From the NCBI GenBank assembly GCA_965261595.1, contig CBDHDG010000007.1:320001-384000 (forward strand): a stretch of 64,000 nt of DNA. Reading direction: 5' to 3'. The notes beneath the pieces are model-generated. The model was not told the origin of the DNA and searched no databases. It worked only from the letters and a program-made list of their open reading frames with translations. A program made the position numbers and the translations under genes. The first letter of the stretch is position 1. Each line of letters starts with the position of its first letter. The DNA comes from a bacterium. Its GTDB lineage: Bacteria > UBA8248 > JACPRG01 > G963555815. Of this stretch, positions 63,143 to 64,000 are shown one piece after another.

Positions 63143-63748
63143 ATGAAGATCCGGAACAAGGCCGCCTTCCTATTCCTGACAATGATCGCGGAGATTGCGC
63201 TCACCATCAATCCCGCTCTTGCCCATCGCTTGAATGTTGCTCTTGTCATCCCCTTGTCGAAAGCCGCGTCAGTCCAGGGTCGCCAAATCCGCAAGGGCTT
63301 TATGCTGGCGACAACGGAGCGGGACGGCCACCCGGACCAGGGATCCGACGGCCATCTCGGCGGCCTCGATGTCTATGTGGCCGTGATCGATGAGCGGGGG
63401 GATGTGGCCGCCGACATCGGGCGTATCGCGACGCAAGGCGAGGTCGACATCGTGGCCGCCTTTGGATCCGAAAAAACGCTATCCCTGATCAGGAAGCTTC
63501 TCGACGGAAAAAAGGTCGCTCTGCTCCTGCCTGGCCTGTCCCCCTTCTCCAAGTCTGACCTGCCTGCGGTCGCGGCTTTTATTTCCGCCTACGAAAGGGC
63601 ATACGGCAGCAAGCCCTCTTCCCGGGCGGCACAGGGATACAATGCAGCCCGGCGCATCGATGTGGCCGTGCGGGCCCAGGGCGGGGTCGATGACACAGCG
63701 TCGTTGCTTCGGATTTTCAGTGAAACCGCGCGCGGTTTCACCTGGTGA
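63143..63748 (+). CDS. Short branched-chain amino acid binding-protein-like (PBP type 1) exported protein
   Basis: Signal peptide; VALVIPLS..GRQIRKGFMLA, LGGLDV, F.SAYE.AYG.KPS.RAAQGYNAA; about half the usual LivJ length. Confidence 0.6.
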   Translation: MKIRNKAAFLFLTMIAEIALTINPALAHRLNVALVIPLSKAASVQGRQIRKGFMLATTERDGHPDQGSDGHLGGLDVYVAVIDERGDVAADIGRIATQGEVDIVAAFGSEKTLSLIRKLLDGKKVALLLPGLSPFSKSDLPAVAAFISAYERAYGSKPSSRAAQGYNAARRIDVAVRAQGGVDDTASLLRIFSETARGFTW

Positions 63749-63902
63749 AGGACGCATCCCCCCTCACCGCGCATCAATCCGACGTCTCCCAGGTAAGGCG
63801 CTTTCGATTCTTCGCGCCGGGCGCGGCCGGGTGGATCCCCCGGCAAGGCCCCGGCTGGCCGCAAGCCCCCATTTTTCAGTGACGTACGGGCAAAATCCGG
63901 GT

Positions 63903-63977
63903 CTAGATGCCCAGGTAGCGGGACTTGATCTCGTCGTCGGCCCAGAGTTCCTCGGGACTGGAGGAATAGACGATCCC
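63903..63977 (-). pseudogene. 3' end of a LivF-like ABC ATPase
   Basis: Minus strand GIVYSSSPEELWADDEIKSRYLGI*; upstream codons to the window end (QKTWDNS) do not fit LivF. Confidence 0.55.
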
Positions 63978-64000
63978 TGAGTTATCCCAAGTTTTTTGAG

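Overview
High-GC bacterial chromosomal segment. Housekeeping genes (gap-pgk-tpiA-secG, proA, ilvD, tRNA-Leu(GAG), cold-shock genes) alternate with catabolic accessory genes. Main blocks: (1) 1-8 kb: DoxX, a frameshifted pirin, TetR, an LLM/F420-type oxidoreductase, Csp, a PilZ protein and a VOC-dienelactone hydrolase-cysteine hydrolase cluster. (2) 8.4-16.1 kb: glycolytic operon, then an Opp-type ABC module lacking ATPase genes, then tRNA-Leu. (3) 16.1-21.4 kb: decayed tRNA-anchored island with a chimeric integrase remnant, an LVIVD protein, a nonsense-interrupted NMT1/THI5-type binding protein, an intact-looking IS3 and an internally deleted UbiD relic. (4) 29.7-41.5 kb: N-methylglutamate (methylamine) pathway cluster, gmaS-mgsABC plus sarcosine-oxidase-like subunits in the order delta-alpha-gamma-beta, followed by creatininase-family and cyclase genes; then an orphan CoxM/CoxS pair and hydantoinase A/B. 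(5) 51.6-61.8 kb: eight co-oriented genes (degP, ferritin-like, DacZ-type diadenylate cyclase, His-tailed GroEL without GroES, GldA/F/G-like ABC, DUF4340) preceded by a perfect CIRCE-type palindrome and a sigma70 promoter. (6) Divergent from that cluster, an AhpD-like CxxU selenoprotein that the ORF track splits at its UGA. The most novel-looking items are the CIRCE cluster, a cold-shock domain fused to a catalytically degenerate CMD domain, recurrent polybasic tails on metabolic enzymes, and a VOC protein whose metal site may sit in the N-terminal domain. No CRISPR array or rRNA was seen. All family calls come from motif recognition by eye, not from database searches.
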